Below are positions 59,258 through 64,000 of a stretch of 64,000 bases of DNA, one piece after another (the stretch's first letter is position 1; each line of letters opens with the position of its first letter). Origin of the DNA: Somniosus microcephalus (Eukaryota). The stretch is from positions 47,678,001 to 47,742,000 of the forward strand of contig JBMRGM010000040.1 of NCBI GenBank assembly GCA_052327205.1. Direction: 5' to 3'. The translations under genes and the position numbers were made by a program. The notes below the pieces were generated by a model, which saw only the letters and a list, made by a program, of their open reading frames with translations, searched no databases and was not told the DNA's origin.

Positions 59258-61255
59258 AGCAAAATACTGCGGATGCTGGAAATCTGAAATAACAACAGAA
59301 AACGCTGGAAAAACTCAGCAGGCCAGGCAACATCTGTGGAGAGCGAAATAGTGTCAATGTTTCGGGTCGAAACCCTTCAACAGAACTAAGAGAGATGGCA
59401 GGAAATGAAACAAAAGGCAGTGTGGGGGCTGAGAAATAAGGGAGAAGATGAAGGAAGAAACATTAACAGATATTCAACGTGAGATGAGATAGAATAGGAC
59501 AGGTAAAGAAACAAACAATGAAGTGTGAAATGCGCTGGCAGAGTGAAAGACAGCTGCCATGTGGGAGAGAGAGAGGAAAAGGATAATCACAATCCAAAAG
59601 TGTGGATAAAAAATAAAAATATAATAGGGGCCGAGGATATGATCTGAAGTTGTTGAACTTGATATCGAGTCCGGAAGGCTGCAGAGTGCCTAATCAAATG
59701 ATGAGGTGCTGTTCCTCGAGTTTATGGTGTGTTCCGTGGAACAATACAAGAGGCCACAGATGGTGAGGCCTGAGAGGGAATGGAACGCTGAGTTGAAATG
59801 ACAGGCGACTGGAAGATCGGGATGATCCTTGTGGACTGAAGGGAGGTGTTCTGCAAAGCAATCAGCCAATCTGCGTTTGGTCTCCCCAATGTAGAGGAGA
59901 CCACATCGTGAGCAGCGAATACAGTATACTGGATTGCAAGGAGCACAAGTAAATCAATGTTTCACCTGGAAGGAGTGTTTATGGCCCTGGACAGTAAGAA
60001 GGGGTGCTGGTGCACGGGAAGGTGCTGGGCGAAGTGGAGGGGTGCTGTGGGTGATAGAGGAATGGACTAGGGTGTCTTGGAAGGAGCAGTCCCTATGGAA
60101 TGCTGAAAGGGGAGGGAAGGGGAAGATGCGTTTGATGGTGGGATCACGTTGGAGGGGGCGGAAATGGCAGAGGATGATTGGTTGAATATGGAGGCTGGTT
60201 GGTTGAAAGGTGAGGACAAGGGGAATCCTATCGTGGTTCTGGGAGGGAGGGGCAGGGGTGAGAGCAGAATTGCGGGAGATAGAACTGATACGGTCGAGGG
60301 CCGTGTCAACCATGGTAGAGAGGAATCCTCGGCTGAGGAAAAAGGAAGACATGTCAGAAGCTCTGGTGTGGAAGGTGGCATCGTTGGAGCAGATGCAGCG
60401 GAGACAGAGAAACTGGGAGAATGGAATAGAGTCCTTACAGGAGGCGGCTTGGAAAGAAGTGTATTCCAGGTAGCTGTGGGAGTCAGTGGGCTTCTGATGA
60501 ATGTTAGTCAATAACCTATCAACAGAGATGTAGACGGAGAAGTCGAGGAAGGGACGAGAAGAGTCAGAGATGAACCATGTGTAGGTGAGGGAAGGGTGGA
60601 AAATGGAGGCAAAGTGAATGAAATTGTGCAGTTCGGGGCGAGAGCAGGAAACGGCACCGATACAGTCATCAATGTACCAGAAAAAGAGTTGAGGGAGGGG
60701 ACCTGAGTAGGCCTGGAACAAAGAGTGTTCCACATATCCCACGAAAAGGCAGGCATGGCTAGGACCTATGCGGGTACACATAGCAACACCATAATTTGGA
60801 GGAAATGAGTGGAGTCAGAGGAGAAGTTTTTCAATGTGAGAACAAGTTTAGCCAGGCAGAGGAGGGAGGTGGTGGATGGCGACTGTTTGGGCCTCTGTTC
60901 AAGGAAGGAGCGGAGTGCCCTCAGGCCATCATGGTGAGGGATGGAGTTGTAGAGGTATTGTATGTCCATGGTGAAAAGGAGGCGGTTGGGGCCAGGAAAC
61001 TGGAAACGTTAAAGTGGCAGAGGGGGTCAGAAGAGTCCCGGATGTAGGTGGGAAGAAACTGGACAAGGGGAGCAAATATAGTGTCGAGATAGGAAGAGCT
61101 AATTTCTGTGGGGCAAGAGCAGGCTGAACGATGGGTCTACCAGGGCTATCCTGTTTGTGAATCTTAGGAAGGAGGTAGAAGCGGGCTGTGCGGGGTTGGA
61201 GAACTATGAGTTGGGTTGCCGTGGGGGTAAGATCTCCAGAGGAAATGAGGTCACT
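59258..61255 (-). mobile_element. Penelope-like element (RT + GIY-YIG), degenerate, nested in a CR1
   Basis: FYLLPKIHK, MDIQYLYNSIPH, WYIDDC, PFLDFSV, KPTDSHSYL; VYCIRCSRCGLLYIGET at ~59880-59930; terminal repeat with a hammerhead-like motif at 59352-59387. Confidence 0.92.
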
Positions 61256-62170
61256 TAATTGCACAGTTTCAAAGAGTGTGCACGGACAGAGGGTTCTGGG
61301 AGTTAATGAGCATAGGGCCATGAAGGTGGCAGGATATATTTAGAGATTGGTTAACAAAGCATACGGGATCTTGGGCTTCATAAATAGAGGTATTGATTTC
61401 AAAAGTAGCGAACTTATGCTGAACGACTATAAAGCTCTGGTTTGGTCACAACTGGAGTATTGCATCCATTTCTGATCACCACATTTTAGGGAGCATGGGA
61501 AGGCCCCTGAGAGGGTGCAGAGGAGATTTTAAAGAACGTGTCCGGCGATGGGTTTGTATAGGCTAGACGGGGAAAGGCATTTCCCACTAGTTGATAGTAC
61601 AATGAAAAGGGTATACAGAATTAAGGCTTTGGGCAACAGATACAGGGAGGAATGCGAGAAAAAGCTTTGTTAGGTACCGAGAGGTGAGGACATGGAATTG
61701 GCTGCTGACAGAAGTGCTGGAAGCAGAAACACTCAAAGTTTTCAAGGGGAGACTGGATAGGCACGTGAGGGAAATAAACTTGCAGGGCTACGGGCGTAGA
61801 GCAGGGGACTAGGGCTGACTGGATTCCTCTACAGAGAGCCGGCAGGGACTCGATGGTCCCAATGGCCTCCGTCAGTGCCGTTATGACTCTATGACTTTAA
61901 GTTATGTTAAAATTTTATAGAACCTTGGTGAGACCAAACTTGGAGCACTGTTCAGAGGTCTGGTCTCAATAGTACGAAAAGGATATTCAGGCACTGGGGA
62001 AGGAGAATGGCAATGATGCAATGGATGGGAAGTGAGATAGGCACGCAAGGGAGAAAGGAATAAAAAGATATGTCGATGGGGTGAGATGAAGAGGAAGAGG
62101 AGGAGTCTCATGTGGAGCATAAACACCGGCACAGACCTGTTGGGCCTAATGACCTATTTCTGTGCTGTAT
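61256..62170 (+). mobile_element. CR1 fragments
   Basis: YKALVWSQLEYCIHF-type segment and an (ATGACTCT)n tail at ~61880; continues the CR1 piece at 59090-59255. Confidence 0.75.
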
Positions 62171-62292
62171 CTACTTGGTCAGTAATGTTGAACTTCTATA
62201 GGTCATGTCACACTTAGAGCACTGTGCATAGTTCTGGACTCCATACTATCCACAGGACTTGGAAACACTGGCAAAGTGCAGAAAATATGTCT

Positions 62293-62880
62293 GACAACAG
62301 CAACAACATGCATTTATACAGCGCCTTTAAAGTAATAAAGTGTCTCAAGGAATTTCAGAGGAGCGTTATCAAACAACATTTTAGACCGAGTCACGTAAGA
62401 AAAATTAGGACAGATGACCAAAATCCTGGTCAGAGGTAGATTTTAGGGTGCGTCTTAAATGAGGAGAGAGAGATACAGAGACGGAAAGTTTTAGGTAGGC
62501 AATTGAATGGCTTAGGGTCTAGGTCAGCAAGAACGGTCAGATGGGTCAACGGTACTTGGTGCGCGTTAGGATAAGGGCGGTAGAGTTTCTGTATGGTGGA
62601 ATATGGGAGGCCGGCCAGGAGAGCATCGTGATAGTCAAGTCTAGAAGTAACAAAGCCACGGATGAGGGTTTCAGCAGCAGAGGAGCTGAGGAGGGGTGGA
62701 GTAGGGCGATATTATGGAGGGGGATATAGGCCATGTTGGTGATGGAGCAGATATATGGTTGGAAGCCCATCCTCGCGGTCCAATACTACAACAAGGTTGT
62801 GAACGGTCTGGTTCAGCCTCAGACAGTTGCCAGGGAGTGGGATGGAGTTGTCCTCTGGGGACCAGACAAAGTAATTGGCC
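62293..62880 (-). mobile_element. L2-clade LINE 3' fragment
   Basis: Reverse complement of the 12930-13215 tail (CAACAACATGCATTTATACAGCGCCTTT). Confidence 0.7.
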
Positions 62881-62914
62881 ATCCCAATATTTAATTGGAT
62901 GTTATCAGAACTAA

Positions 62915-64000
62915 GAGTTTAAGGCTTTTGCGGGCTTTTTTGCAGAGGCCGGTGTCAGGAGCGGTACAGAGCGGTGCTACAGTGAGTACTTAAATTCACT
63001 TTTGCGGGTTTTTTTTGCAGGGGCTTATAAATCTCGCAGACCAGCGGCAGCGTTCCAGAGCCACATCACGTTTCAAAAAGTGATGCGGGCAAGAGGAAGA
63101 AGATGATTCTGTGAGTATGGTCGGGTGGGTATTTATACTACTCTATAGTTTGACAGTTAAGGTTAATAATTTATAAAGATTAGAAGGTCTTAATTTTGCG
63201 GTTATAGTTTGCAAGGTCTCCGTTGTGTAGCGGGGACTGCTAGTAAAAAAGGGCCCTTGAGAATATCATTTAATTGTAGTTTAATTAGTGGTATTGTTTT
63301 GATTTAATTTAATTTAAATTAAGCAAAGGGTAAGTAATGGCAACACAGCTCGGCCACGTGGCATGCTCCTACTGCGCTATGTGGGAAATCAGGGACATGT
63401 CCTCTGTCCCCGACGAACATGTGTGCAGAAATTTATCCAGATGCATCTACTGGCAGACTGGATTGCGGCGATGCAGCTGAGAATGGATACATACTGGAGC
63501 ATTCACGATGCTGAGGCCGTCGTGGATATCACGTTTAATGAGCTAGTCACACCGCAGGTAAAGGCTGCACAGGCATAGGCGGGAAAGGAATGGTTGGTTG
63601 CCAGGCAGAGTAGTATGCGCAGGCAGGTAGTGCAGGGGTCCCCTGTGGCCACCACACTCTCAAAAAGATATACCGCATTGGCTAATGTTGGGGGAGATGG
63701 ATTATCGGGGGAAGGCAGCAGTAGCCAACTTCCTGGCAACATGGGTGGTTCTGCTGCACAGGACGGGAAGGAAAATAGCAGGAGAGCAATAGTGATAGGG
63801 TATTCTATTGTAAGGGGAATAGCTGGGCGTTTTTGCGGCTGCAAACGAGACTCCAGTATGAAATGATGTCTCCCTGGTGCAAGGATAACGGATGTCTCGT
63901 AGCAGCTGCAGGGCATTCTGGAGGGCGGTGGTGAACAGCCAGTTGTCGTGGTGCATATAGGTACCAACGATATAGGTAAAAACCGGGATGAGGTCCTCAA
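62915..64000 (+). mobile_element. CR1 5' UTR and ORF1 (zinc finger + SGNH/GDSL esterase), degenerate, running off the window
   Basis: ATG 63337 MATQLGHVACSYCAMWEI...; SKRYTAL; AIVIGYSIVRG; CLPGARI; VVVHIGTNDIG; stops and a frameshift. Confidence 0.88.

Noticed and set aside
63337-64000. Host GDSL esterase gene
   Set aside because: Zinc finger plus SGNH layout with stops is CR1 ORF1.

Overview
Eukaryotic, repeat-saturated genomic DNA. The repeat repertoire (CR1 LINEs throughout, L2, Penelope, Tx1, a tRNA-headed SINE, TE-derived minisatellites, a C2H2-ZNF tail) suggests a cartilaginous fish; this is inferred, not tested. No intact host protein gene was found. In order: (1) 1-4385, the right part of a PIF/Harbinger DNA transposon, with a transposase ORF and a convergent three-exon Myb/SANT-like gene disrupted by a nested 683-bp Harbinger MITE. 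(2) 4.4-13.6 kb, CR1/L2/SINE debris with TE-derived minisatellites. (3) 13.7-23.7 kb, a degraded endogenous retrovirus on the minus strand with a tRNA-Ser PBS, a 2.6-kb 33-bp hairpin array in its leader and two nested CR1s. (4) 23.7-33.2 kb, Tx1, CR1, a GA tract, a second Harbinger relic and a ZNF pseudogene tail. (5) 33.2-40.5 kb, a full-length Mag-type Gypsy element abutting a truncated relative whose LTR sits exactly where a tRNA-Asn gene ends in the repeat unit. (6) 40.5-56.8 kb, two fused, decaying ~2-kb tRNA tandem arrays (Ser/Asn, then Glu/Asp) plus a tRNA-Val relic, invaded by CR1, Rex1 and Penelope. (7) 57-64 kb, CR1/L2/Penelope debris and a CR1 ORF1. All alignments were done by eye, so repeat-fragment boundaries are approximate.
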